NCBI GenBank assembly: GCA_010909165.1
Contig: MU008211.1
Location: 124,001 to 188,000 of the forward strand
Length of the DNA stretch: 64,000 bases
Source of the DNA: Anthoceros angustus
Lineage: Eukaryota; Plantae; Anthocerotophyta
Direction of reading: 5' to 3'
A model generated the notes under the pieces. The model saw nothing but the letters and a program-made list of their open reading frames with translations, had not been told where the DNA came from and ran no database searches. Below are positions 1 to 11,129 of the stretch, piece by piece (positions within the stretch are counted from its first letter, which is position 1; every line of letters starts with the position of its first letter). Made by a program: the position numbers and the translations under genes.

Positions 1-349
1 CAATAGCTTGTAGCATGTGAGATTTGATTTGAGCCATCATATGACCTCCATTAGCTAGATCAGTCAAATTGTTGCAAGAAGATTGAGTGCAAGTATATTA
101 CGATTTTATCTAAAGTGGGTGATTAGTAATTATAATGGTACTCAAACTCCATATCTATGGAAGCAATAAAAACAAATCTAAGACAAGACTATGCATCTAT
201 ATATAAAAAAAACTACCCACCAAAATATTCCATGAAAACTAATAAACACATTTATGATTGTCTAAATTTGCCATGGATGTTCACCAAGATTTATGAAGAT
301 AAAAAAAACCTTGCTTTTCAAGAACTAGAGAGGAAATTTTTGGGTAGAT

Positions 350-1955
350 TTAGTGACTAGAAGAATTTCTTACAATTGGTTTGTGATAAGAAGTAGGCAA
401 CATTTTCCGCGGAGCACTTCCTCTTTCAGACAATAATATCCTTGGACTAGCTTCGCTCATCACCTTGCCAGTACAACAATGATGAAACATAGTGAGAAAT
501 ACCTAAGCAAAATATTTAGTGAGAGGATAAGATGATTTGTTGGAAATTTGGGTTCTTAGTTCTTTTCTTGTAAAAGTAGGGGTGTTCACTAAAAAGCTGT
601 TCTTGAAATTTTAATAGATATGTTCCTTACTTCATATGATGTTCTTGAGGTTTGAATACAATCTACCGGGCTACTGCCAAAACCTAATGCCAGCAAACAT
701 GAACCATTAATGGTGATCTAGGATTATCACATAAATAAATTTTAATATATGAAAACTTGAAGATATTATTATATGGTTAAAATGATCTTCCAATTAAAAT
801 AAAACTGTAATAGAGTACTACTAGGAATATGGGTGAACAATTAAATTAATCAATCGATACCAAGAGGAATTGATGAAAGGCCGTCCGATATGTTTAATGA
901 TTTCACTCTATTACTTGACAAAGTCAGTTCCCCGGTGGAGCTTTGAAGTTTCCATCTGCCTTTTAGGTCTCTACACAATTATTCATATATCATTCACTAT
1001 GTTATAATTTTATTTATGAACTAGCATGAAAAATGAAAAGAAAAATAAGCTCCACTATGTTTGTACAACACCTTGATTTGATGGAGCAGCTATCCTCGCC
1101 TTGTCGGGTATACATACTAAAGTTTTTTTTCCTAAAATCTGATCCACTAGAACCAAGAGGAATTCGTCCATTGTTTTTTTTGCTTAATTGAATACTCTTC
1201 CCACTAGTTGTCGGCCTTGTACTAGAAGATTGTTTGGAAATACGATGAACTGACTTATAAGTATGACCTTTTATGGCTCTCTCAAAGTAATCAGTAGCAA
1301 TCTGTGTACTTCGGGAAATGGACGCGCCAACACTAAGTTCCTCATCTTTTGGCAAACACTGTGTGTTCTTTGTAGTGGTCTTTGAAGTACCAGTGTTTTG
1401 AGTGCAATTTATAAATGACACGTTATTTGTAGGGCCTACATGATTCATATTTGTGAAAGAAGGAGGAAAAAAATGAGATATTTTTTCCTTACCCCCGCTG
1501 CTTTTGATGTCTCTTTGGGGACTAGGGTGTTGTTTTATCAAAGGGGACTCATATAAATATTGTTGTCTAGGTGACCAAAATCTAGTTAAAGTACCATTAC
1601 CTTTTGCAGGTCTATCCAAATATGCTGGAAGTTTCTTATCACTTTGTTTGATTATATTGGGCATGATTTTATCTAATATATATTGCTGTCTACATGAAAG
1701 TGATTGCTCTAGATTATGCCCTTCCTCATATTGAGCTAAACTTTTTTGAACTTTACTTAAATTTAATGTGGGTAAATTGGATCTTACAAAAGTAACATTT
1801 TGCGAAGCTTTGCTTAAATCATTGGGTTGTCCATATCGATATGCTAGCTTTTGAGAGCGGCCATTGGTATTCATAAATTTTTGACTAGAGTTGAATGCAT
1901 GTTGCTCCAAATTTTTTGATTGGCCCTCATCGTTGAACTCCTTACGAGGTGCCAT
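350..1955 (-). CDS. Orphan multi-exon gene model, low-complexity S/K/T/N/Q-rich protein (~381 aa), function unknown
   Basis: A 317-aa open frame (1014-1967) in AT-rich DNA, first ATG at 1955. Hand-built GT-AG model with consistent phases: exons 1955-1072, 955-861, 683-631 and 463-350 (TAA at 352-350). No recognisable domain. Further upstream exons are possible. Confidence 0.45.
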
Positions 1956-2268
1956 TTTATTATTCAAATAAGAATGAATAATTTATCATGTTCTGATCAG
2001 CAAAATCTCCCATGGTGAAAAGGTGCTGAGCTAAATGATTTGGTTTCTCAATAGTGTTTCATTTAGCTTTTTATGGAATATCTTTCTAGATATAAGCTGA
2101 ATAAGGAACTTGATCACCCAGTCCTATAGTCACCTGTCACTGCATACCAGACAAGCATGCCTGGGGTCGGGATGCATAACTTCTTGAACCTCTTTACATA
2201 TTATGTTATTTTAGAGGTTTATTGTTACACAAGGATATACTTCATATGCAATCCTGCTATATTATAAT

Positions 2269-2334
2269 CTTTGAAGGAAACAAAAGAGTTATATACTACT
2301 CTTTGAAGGAAACAAAAGAGTTATATACTACTCT
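2269..2334. repeat. 32-bp direct tandem duplication
   Basis: ctttgaaggaaacaaaagagttatatactact occurs twice back to back. Confidence 0.85.
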
Positions 2335-3009
2335 CGCCCCAACAAATGTGACCATTTGTAAGCAGATGGACGTAGTATGTGTGGAGATCCCTTTCCACCT
2401 TCTTCTTGCAAGGAAGAATTTGGAAGCTTGTGAGCTCTATATCATTAATAGAGATTTGGATGGAGAGATTATGGACAAACGCCCCCCGTCCCCTCTCTCC
2501 CCCTCCTCCAACCCCTTCACTTTCTAGATCGCACCGGGGTAGGGATCCTCTTGGGTAAATTGTACACTCCCGGCCGTGTGGTACCGTCTACTTCATATGG
2601 CAAGTATGATAGCCGCCGTCCACAGGTAATAACCACTGCGCGAACCAAAGCAGTGGCTACTACACTACTCCCACCTATTCAATCTCCGTGACGTCCATCC
2701 GAGGCCTGCATTTGCCTGCCTGTTACTCTCCAGCTTTTTTTCTCAAGCCTCAGAGGCCTCGCCCAAGAAAACCCTGACTTACCCGGGGGACAAACCCAGC
2801 TACGTTGACGTACTATCCTGGGGCATGCATGCCCAGCAGAAAAAGAACGTCAGCAAAAAAAAAAAAAAGGCCCCCGCGTATTTCTGATTGGCGACCTCAA
2901 ACTTTACGCAATTCCCTGATAAACCTGTGGTTACCGAGTAGGGGCAGTTCCACAAGAGGTGATTCCATATCCCAACCTCCTGGCCTGGTAAGGAGTGGCA
3001 ACATGCGAG

Positions 3010-5796
3010 CTAATGGCGATCACAGCAGGAACAGGACCCGTTCAAAAATTGGTGCACCCGATGTGCATCCCTCACAATGATCTCTCGCTTCTCCAGGCGA
3101 GACATTATCTTCGTGCTGCTGTGACAGTCATCACACATCCGCAGATTCTTGGTGACGAGCAAAGCCGTGCCATCTGGCGTGTTCAACAGACCATATGCCA
3201 AGGCCAATTTCTCCGCATGGCCACACAAGGCATCCTCTTTCTCCTGCTCAGACACTGCCTTCAGTACCAGATGCGTTTGAGGAACATGGCCTCCTTCCTC
3301 CTTCAACCTTATATTCATGCTCCTCAGCCTTGAAGAAATGTCAGACCTCTCTTCCCCTACGGTGAACTCATGCACCTCGTTCCCAACTTCGATGCATGCC
3401 TTTGCAGCCTTCTTCACCGCACCTGCTGACCTTCTCAATCTTTCTATTCTATCCACATCGTCCCACCTGCCTGCACTGGCATACAGGTTCCCCAACAGCA
3501 CATACGAACTCGAGTCTTCAGGTGCCAGTTTCACAAGATGGTCAAAGCAGCGCTGCCCCCGCTCAACATCACCGTAACTTTTGCAAGCACTGAGTAAAGC
3601 TGTCCAGCCCACAACTTCATTGAGAAATGAGGTAGCTCGCAACATATTTTCTGCCTCATCCAGTAGGCCAGACCGGCCAAGCAGATCCACCATACAACTG
3701 TAATGATGATCTGTGGGCACAATTCCATGGTCATCAAACATCATTCTAAAATACCGCCGACCCTCTCGAACGAGGCCTGCATGACTGCATGCCACAAGGA
3801 GACAGAGAAAAGTGGTCTCCACTGGTCGAACACCTTGCTGCAGCATGTCTTCGAAACATCGGATAGCCATGTGACCGTCACCATGTTCAGCATAGCCATT
3901 GAGGAGGGCATTCCATGTGACTACATCCCTTCTGGGTGAGCTGTCGAAGAGTTCGCGAGCATCCTTCAAGCTTCCACATCTAGCGTACATATTCACCAGA
4001 CTGTTACCAATGACAATATCGGCTTCGAGGCCTCGTTCTCGGATCTGCGAGTGAAGCTGCTTCCCCTGTTGCAAGGCTCCGCAACTGGCACATGCCTGCA
4101 GGAGGCACACAAATGTAACCCGGTTACCTGGCGTGATGCCTTCCGATTGCATTCTTGCATACAAGGCCAGAGCTTCTCTCCCGACGCCCTGCTGAGAATA
4201 TCCTGCAATCATGGCAGTCCATGTCACCACATCTCTCCTGGCCAAGCTGTCGAACACTTTGCGAGCATCATCCAACAAACCACACTTGGAGTACATGTCG
4301 ACCAAGGAGCTGCCAATGAACACATCACCTTCCAGGCCCCTAGCCCGTATCTGTGAGTGGACCTGCTTTCCATGCTGCAGTGCACCTACACAAGCACAAG
4401 CCTGCAGAAGGCAAACAAACGTGACACGATCGGCTGGGGTGATACCCTCCAGTTGCATACTCGCATACAAACCTAGGGCTTCTTGGCCAAGGCCCTGCTG
4501 AGAATATCCTGCGATCATGGCATTCCATGTCACCACATCTCTCCTGGGCAATCTGTCAAAAACTTTGCGAGCCTCGTCCAAGCTGCCGCATTTGGCGTAC
4601 ATATTCACCAGGCTGTTGCCAACGAAAATATCGGCCTTCACAGCACTGGCCCGGATGTCAGCATGCACCTCCTTGCCGGAAACCAGGTCCTCTGCAGAGG
4701 CACACGCCTTGAGAGCTGCAACGAATATATGGTTATCCGGTTCAACGCCTGATTCTCGCATCTCTCGATAGAAGTTGATGGCTTGTGTGGGCTGTCCGTG
4801 TCGGGCATGGGCCGAGATGAGGGAAGACCACATGTAGGCGTCTGGGGTGGCCACCCTCCTGAAGGCTTGCACTGCGTCCTCCAATTTGCCATGAGAGGCA
4901 TACATACCGATTATGTGATTGGCCAGATATGCGCTCGAGCCGAACCCTTTTGTGAGAGCAAGAGAATGAACCCGCCTGCCACAAGCAAGATCCTTGCGTG
5001 CCACGCACCTCTTCAAGAGACGATAGAAGAGACTGCGGCTGATGGGGTACTCCCGCTGCACCAGGACTTGCAGGGCTTCCACAGCCTCACTTAGCTCAGC
5101 TTCCTCGCAAAGTCTGCTCAGAGTGTGAAGCAGGACGCTCTCATCTGCACCACCATCCCAGCTGCCTGGCAGCGAATGCACATCCCAAGCCCGCTTGCCC
5201 GATTCCTCATCCTCACTACCTGCCGTTCCCCTGGCCAGATGCAAATCCCAGTTGGCCAGCTGCGAATCCACCCAGGCGGGCTTGTGATCATTTTGGAGCC
5301 ACAGGGGCTCCCTGGAGATCTTGTTCCTGAAGTCAGGACGGCGCCGAAGGCTCTTTCTGTCCGCCCTGTTGTCCCACCAGTCGGAGGGATTTGAAAAGAA
5401 GTGATGCCATAGCAGCTCCTGCCGCTCTCTCTGCGTCTGCGTCTGCGTCTGCGTCCGCGTCTGGACAGGATATCCTTGGGTGGTCGAAGAAGAAGCTGAA
5501 GGTGTATCGCACTGCGTGGCCCCGAACGCCTGGCAACCTGGGCCGTTGCGGAGGAGGGCGCAACCTCCATCATTCACACAAGCCGACCTAGCCTTGGCCG
5601 AAAACCTGCTGGCATCCGGCGGTATCCGCACTGCCAACTCCACCTGCATCGCCCACCGCTGTGCCAGTGTTTGTTTGCCTTTCAAGCACACTTTTGCTTG
5701 TATTGTCCCGGCCACTATTTCATATGGGCAACGATGGGATACACATCCAACAGCGCAGGGAAAAACTGCATACACTTTGTCCGTCTCAACGTGCAC
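3010..5796 (-). CDS. PLS-class PPR protein with N-terminal OSB-like PDF motif, E1/E2 and variant DYW domain ending DRH (organellar RNA editing factor, U-to-C candidate type)
   Basis: Intact intronless 928-aa ORF (true start may be M50 at 5649). PDF motif LWHHFFSNPSDWWDNR..PDFRNK..EPLWL at 5245-5412, about four P-L-S triplets (last one P2-L2-S2), E1, E2, and a deaminase at 3010-3408 with HAEKLA and CDDC, C-terminus CSCCDRH. Confidence 0.93.
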   Translation of the reverse strand: MHVETDKVYAVFPCAVGCVSHRCPYEIVAGTIQAKVCLKGKQTLAQRWAMQVELAVRIPPDASRFSAKARSACVNDGGCALLRNGPGCQAFGATQCDTPSASSSTTQGYPVQTRTQTQTQTQRERQELLWHHFFSNPSDWWDNRADRKSLRRRPDFRNKISREPLWLQNDHKPAWVDSQLANWDLHLARGTAGSEDEESGKRAWDVHSLPGSWDGGADESVLLHTLSRLCEEAELSEAVEALQVLVQREYPISRSLFYRLLKRCVARKDLACGRRVHSLALTKGFGSSAYLANHIIGMYASHGKLEDAVQAFRRVATPDAYMWSSLISAHARHGQPTQAINFYREMRESGVEPDNHIFVAALKACASAEDLVSGKEVHADIRASAVKADIFVGNSLVNMYAKCGSLDEARKVFDRLPRRDVVTWNAMIAGYSQQGLGQEALGLYASMQLEGITPADRVTFVCLLQACACVGALQHGKQVHSQIRARGLEGDVFIGSSLVDMYSKCGLLDDARKVFDSLARRDVVTWTAMIAGYSQQGVGREALALYARMQSEGITPGNRVTFVCLLQACASCGALQQGKQLHSQIRERGLEADIVIGNSLVNMYARCGSLKDARELFDSSPRRDVVTWNALLNGYAEHGDGHMAIRCFEDMLQQGVRPVETTFLCLLVACSHAGLVREGRRYFRMMFDDHGIVPTDHHYSCMVDLLGRSGLLDEAENMLRATSFLNEVVGWTALLSACKSYGDVERGQRCFDHLVKLAPEDSSSYVLLGNLYASAGRWDDVDRIERLRRSAGAVKKAAKACIEVGNEVHEFTVGEERSDISSRLRSMNIRLKEEGGHVPQTHLVLKAVSEQEKEDALCGHAEKLALAYGLLNTPDGTALLVTKNLRMCDDCHSSTKIMSRLEKREIIVRDAHRVHQFLNGSCSCCDRH
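5432..5462. repeat. (GCGTCT)n coding microsatellite giving a TQTQTQ linker
   Basis: ctgcgtctgcgtctgcgtctgcgtccgcgtct, immediately N-terminal of the PDF motif in the minus-strand PPR gene. Confidence 0.8.
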
Positions 5797-6049
5797 ACAT
5801 CTTGTTCATAATGCATCTGCATGGTCCAGCCAAGCTCAATCGGGGCGCCGGGGTGAAGAGTCGATTTTAGGCACCTTGCAACCGACAGGAGTACTTGTGG
5901 GCCAAGGCTTGCACTCATGGGAATAAGCTTACCACTACCTACACTGCCTGCAGCCATGGCAAGCATGCTTGGGTTGATGGCCTGTTCAGATGCATAGCTT
6001 CCTCCTTCCAAGCAGCAGCCAGGTGCGATGTAGCTGTAGCTGACGGTCC

Positions 6050-6870
6050 TGCATGGTATGCAAAACGGACGTTTTGGCAAAGGAGGCTAAGTACCAGCTG
6101 CTGGGCATCCGGATCCAGAACAGCATTGCCATGTTTGCAGCCCAGCGGGCAAGGAGGCACGAGCATTCCGGATGGGTGGAGAGATGGCAACGTTTTCGCT
6201 TGGACACCCATCAGGCTGGCGTGCATCTGATCACAATAGGTACACCTTAGTCAATCTGCTCAAATCCATACACCAGGACACGAACCCTGCTTGCACGGAG
6301 GAAAGCCATATAAGCTGGAGTCATGTGCCTTCCTTGCCATGTACGTTCAAGACTGGGGGATGTCCAACTCGTCAAGCTTCATTCCCTGCTACCGCACACC
6401 CAAGAAACTGAGGCGGAATTCAATCTCATGGCTCTGTTGCTGGCAGACCCGCGCTCCCCTTCGAGGATGCAGTGCCTACCTGCGCTGCAGCCATGTGCTA
6501 CTGGCCTGGACGCTTTGCTCACACAAATGTAAGGAAAGTGTGAGAGCATGCAGGATCGCTGCCCGTGGGGAATGCAAACCGAAAATGAAAGAAAGGGAGC
6601 TGACTCCTCCTCCACATACCTTCATCGGCCAGAATGCAAAGCTGCGGTCCTTTGCAAAGCTGCAAGTCCGGGGAGAGACGAGACTCATCCATGCTGCGGC
6701 TAAAGCAAAGGGATTCAAGTCAGATCGGGCCCTGTGATGAGGGGACACTGGTATGCTAAGTGTGGGGCCACAAAACAATGCACAAGACGTTTTCTCCACA
6801 CAGTCCCTACTGGACGTGGTGTCCTGGACTGCTATGGTCGCGAAACAAGGAGGACTCGCGGGCACGCTCT
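6050..6870 (+). pseudogene. Decayed PLS-PPR relic
   Basis: Fragmentary motifs across frames: an L-like motif TPPPHTFIG..RLIHAAAKAKGFKSD (6600-6730), then YAKCGA..AQDVFS..DVVSWTAMV (6750-6850), and a weaker NVFAWT near 6190. Several stops and frameshifts. Confidence 0.55.
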
Positions 6871-7286
6871 TTGTAGCCAACACTTTCCCTTCATGCGTAT
6901 GGCAAAGACCTATGGCAGCACGGAGGACAGACACCTAGATATGGTAGATTTTATCATCGTCTATGTCTCCCACAGGGGAAGCTAGGATGCCCTCTGGCAG
7001 GGACGATCTGGAGGACGTCCAAGCGTACCGAACCTCAACAAGGCAAGGCACAGCGAACCAAAGCCAGGACAGGACAGGACAACAGGAAAATGGCTATCGA
7101 GATTTATCCACCTATTCCTTCCTAATTTCTTTCTTCTTTCTCAACAAGTTCTGTGACTTGCCATCATTCGTATTGCCAACCAGTATGGTGTAGTACCTGG
7201 GCACCGTGCCATGGCCTGTTGTTAGCACCTGGGCATCCTGCCATGGTCTCTTGTTAGCCTCGTCTTCAGACAACGTTCCCTGAACG

Positions 7287-9970
7287 ATGTCCACAGTATG
7301 GCGACCGGACCCGTTGTGGAGCCAACACATTGCAATTGGTGTGTGTACAGAGATTCTACCAGGAGCTCCCGCTCACCTCGTGCTTGGGAGTGAACCCCTG
7401 GCAAACAAAGCCTCCAGGTGCAGCATTCCAAGGATCCCAGGACTCCCACTTCCGAGAAAATGTGTGGATGGGGACGGGTTTTCCAGCGATGGTCGTTGCC
7501 AGGAGCAGGAGCAGGAGCACTTGTGGCAACAATTTTTTCTGGACCCTACCATGTGGTGGGACAACAGACGAGCTAAGAAGAGCTCCCGCTCTCCTGACTT
7601 CCGGCGTAAAGGGTCCGGCGAGGTCCTGTGGTTAAACAACATGTTTAAGCCAGCTTGGGTTGATGAGCAGCTTGTTTCCTTGGATATGCACATGTGTCCT
7701 GGTGCGTCTCCTTCCGTGTTCAGCTCTCCGGATGAGCCTGAACCTGGCAGCCGGGTAGAAAAGGAAATGGGCGTCGTAACGGCTGGAACTGTGAGCACGT
7801 TGTGTCAGCAGGGGAAGCTTTGTGAGGCCGTTGCAGCCCTGGAATCTATGGCGCAGACAGACTCTGCTATTCCTCGTTCTCTGTTTTGCACTGTGCTGAA
7901 ACTGTGTACAGCCAAGAAGGATTTGGTTGTGGGGCGACGAGTTCATGATCTCAGTGTCAAACTTGGGTACGAGTCGAATGCATACTTGGGGAACCATATC
8001 TTGCGCATGTATGCATGTGGAGGTAGGCTAGAGGAGGCCATGGATGTGTTCACCAGGGTGGCAAACCAGATGCCTTCATGTGGTTTCCATAATCTCTGCA
8101 CATGCTAAGCATGGGAAACCTAATGAGGCCATACAACTGTACCATGAGATGCGTAGGTCAGGGGTGAAGGCGGATGCTCACGTCTTTGTAGCTGCCCTTC
8201 AAGCTTGTGCATTTGCCGCCGACTTGGAATCTGGCAGAAAAGTGCACTGTGATGTGTTGCACAGTGGCATTCCTACTAACTTGTTTGTTGGCAACTGCCT
8301 GGTGGACATGTATGCAAAATGTGGCGAACTGAAAGATGCACGCCAGGTTTTTGACAGCATGGCCACAAAGGATGTGGTGACATGGAATGCCCTGATATCT
8401 GGGTATGCAAAATGTGGTGAACTGAAAGATGCACGCCAGGTTTTGACAGCATGAACACAAAGGATGTGGTGACATGGAATGCCCTGATTGCTGGGTATGC
8501 ACAGCAAGGACTCGGCCAAGAGGCGCTTGTGTATGGACAAATGGAGCAGGAGGCCTCATTTTGGCTAACCATGTTACTTGCCTTCTGAAGGCCGCACTGG
8601 TGCCTTACAGAAGGGCAGGCAGCTGCACTCACAGATTGTGGAAAGAGGACTGCTGGATAACGGTGGGCAACTGCCTGGTGGACATGTATGCAAAATGTGG
8701 TGAACTGGAAGTAGCACGCCAGGTTTTTGACAGGTTGACCACGAAAGACGTGGTGACGTGGAATGCCCTGATTGCCGGGTATTCACAGCAAGGACTCGGC
8801 CTAGAGGTGCTTGTTCTGTATGGACGAATGGAGCAAGAAGGCCTCATTTCGGCTGACCATGTTACTTTTGCTTGTCTTTTGAAGGCATGTGCAAGCACTG
8901 GTGCCTTACAGAAGGGCAGGCAGCTGCACTCACAGATTGTTGAAAGAGGACTCCTGGACAATGTAGTGTTGGGCAACTGCCTAGTGGAAATGTACGCAAA
9001 ATGTGGTGCAATGGAAGATGCACGCCAGATTTTTGACAGGATGAACACAAAGGATGTGGTGACATGGACCGCCCTGATATCTGGGTATGGTACTTGTGAT
9101 GATGGTCACAGTGCACTAGCTTGTTTTGAGGAGATGTTAGCTGCCGGTGTGCAGCCTGATGGTGCTACTTTTACTTGCCTTCTAGCAGCATGCAGTCATG
9201 CGGGACTGGTCCACAAGGGTCGCAAGCACTTTGATTCCATGGTTGAACAGCATGGCATCAAACCAACTCTTGAGCATTACAATTGCATGATTGATCTTTT
9301 TGGTCGTGCAGGCCATTTAGATGAGGCAGAGAAGATGCTCATGTCATGTGAGGGCCAAAGTAATGTCGTGGGCTTGATTACTTTGTTGAATGCCTGCAAA
9401 AGTCACGGGGATATAGGGAGAGCGATGTGGTGTTTTGAAAGCATTGTTAGGCTGGACCCTCAGCGGGCATCTGCGTATGTGCTCATGGCCAACGCCTACG
9501 CGGATGCAGGTAGATGGACCGATGTAGACTGGATTGAAACACAGAGACTGGTAGCCGGAGCTAACAAGAAACCTGCAGTGGCGACCATTGAGGTGAAGAA
9601 GCATGTACATACATTTGCGGTGGGAGAAAGCAGAGAGGATATTGCGCTGGAGGTCGAGAGCACGAATGCGCGTCTGAAGCAGGAAGGGGGCCACATACCT
9701 CACACAAAGTTGGTGTTGAAGCCACTGTCCGAGAAGGGAAAGGAAGATGTGCTTTGTGGGCATGCTGAGAAGCTAGCTCTGGCGTTTGGTCTGCTGAACA
9801 CTCCGAGTGGGACACCTCTGGTGATAACAAAGAATTTACGCATGTGCAGTGACTGCCACAGTTCGACGGAGATCATGTCAAGGCTTGAGCAGAGAGACAT
9901 TGTTGTAAGGGATGGGTACCGTGTGCATCGATTTGCAGCTGGTTGTTGCAGTTGTAAGGGTCGACCTTGA
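7287..9970 (+). CDS. PLS-class PPR protein with N-terminal PDF motif and DYW:KP-type domain ending GRP; frameshifted between ~8065 and ~8680 (sequence error or pseudogene)
   Basis: ORF pieces 7287-8108, 8044-8454 and 8474-9970 join into one PPR gene. PDF motif LWQQFFLDPTMWWDNR..PDFRRK..EVLWL at 7521-7685. Deaminase at 9569-9970 starts KKPAVATIEV, has HAEKLA and CSDC, and ends CSCKGRP. Confidence 0.88.
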
Positions 9971-11129
9971 GAATGATGATGAAACAGCCAGTGGTTGAGT
10001 GTGTATACGCCAGGGAATCTTGGTTTCGGGGTGAAAGTGCTGCTTAACTCGATACCTGTCCTACTGAGACATGGAGATGGGAGGGCTAACACACCTCTCA
10101 TCAGAACAGAGATAACCAGAATGACGCCGCGCGGTTCTGCATTAATCTGAATTCTTGTAGCATCGGCTTGAATGCTCTGCGATGAAGGGCGTGGACACAC
10201 CAAAGCTATCGAGTTCAATGAGATCTACACAGCACCAAAACAAAAGCACGCGCTATCACCATAGCCACGGCAGGTTTCTCCTGTGGGGATGGAAGGACTG
10301 CCTACAACCAGATGGTAATTGCTTTCTTTGCAGATTCTAGCTTTGTCTTACTCTAACGTCGTGGCTTTTGTGTCACCCCTCCTGTGTGTGGACAGGTTGT
10401 AGATGTAACCGAGGTGTGGTTACGTGGTACATACATACAGTATGTACATATGTACTGGGTATGTACATTTACGCACAAGGATCCTGGCGTAAAAGCCGCT
10501 TCAAACGGTACGGCGAATAGCATAGCAGCGGGAACAGCAAACGGCAAAACCACTGGCCTATCCGTAATGGACTCCCCCGCGAGACTTCGTTCGCGCTTAG
10601 GCTTGTGAGTATTACGGGTGGGTAACACCGTAGTAACTATGCCGATAATTACTACTAGAAGGTAAAATAGCATTTAATAGTTACATCCTATGGAAAACAA
10701 AAAATATATAATTACGGGGCGTAAGATAGACGGGAGCACATAGGCCATTGGCATACTTGCGATTGCGGCTTCACTTGCGAGCACGGCTTCACGAATTGTG
10801 GAATGGGGTGGTGGCGTCATAAAGGAGGCTTTTGTGAGATATATGGTAACTTGTGGAGCAAAGACAGCTCCACATGCTTTGCTTAACAAAATATGACGCA
10901 AACTAACGATCAAAGCGGGAGTTGCAAAAGGACGTGATGACCAGGTTTGCTAGCTAGTATGAGTAGCTTGATAGCGAGTAACAAGCAGCCCATTCTTGTA
11001 GGGGTGGATGATCCGGCCTTTCCTATTGATGATTAAAGTTTTGGAATTGCTCAGAGGGCGTCAAATAGTGGTGGAGTATAGTGATGTGAAGTATTTGATT
11101 GTTGATTTCAACCTATGTGTGATGTTCTA

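Noticed and set aside
157-360. 67-aa plus-strand ORF
   Set aside because: Short, AT-rich, lies in the 3' region of the minus-strand gene model, and has no motif.
3317-9830. ORFs antisense to or overlapping the PPR genes
   Set aside because: Antisense shadows of repetitive PPR codons.
10372-11000. TGTCACCCC start as a separate LTR or gene
   Set aside because: No matching end, PBS or partner copy could be identified.
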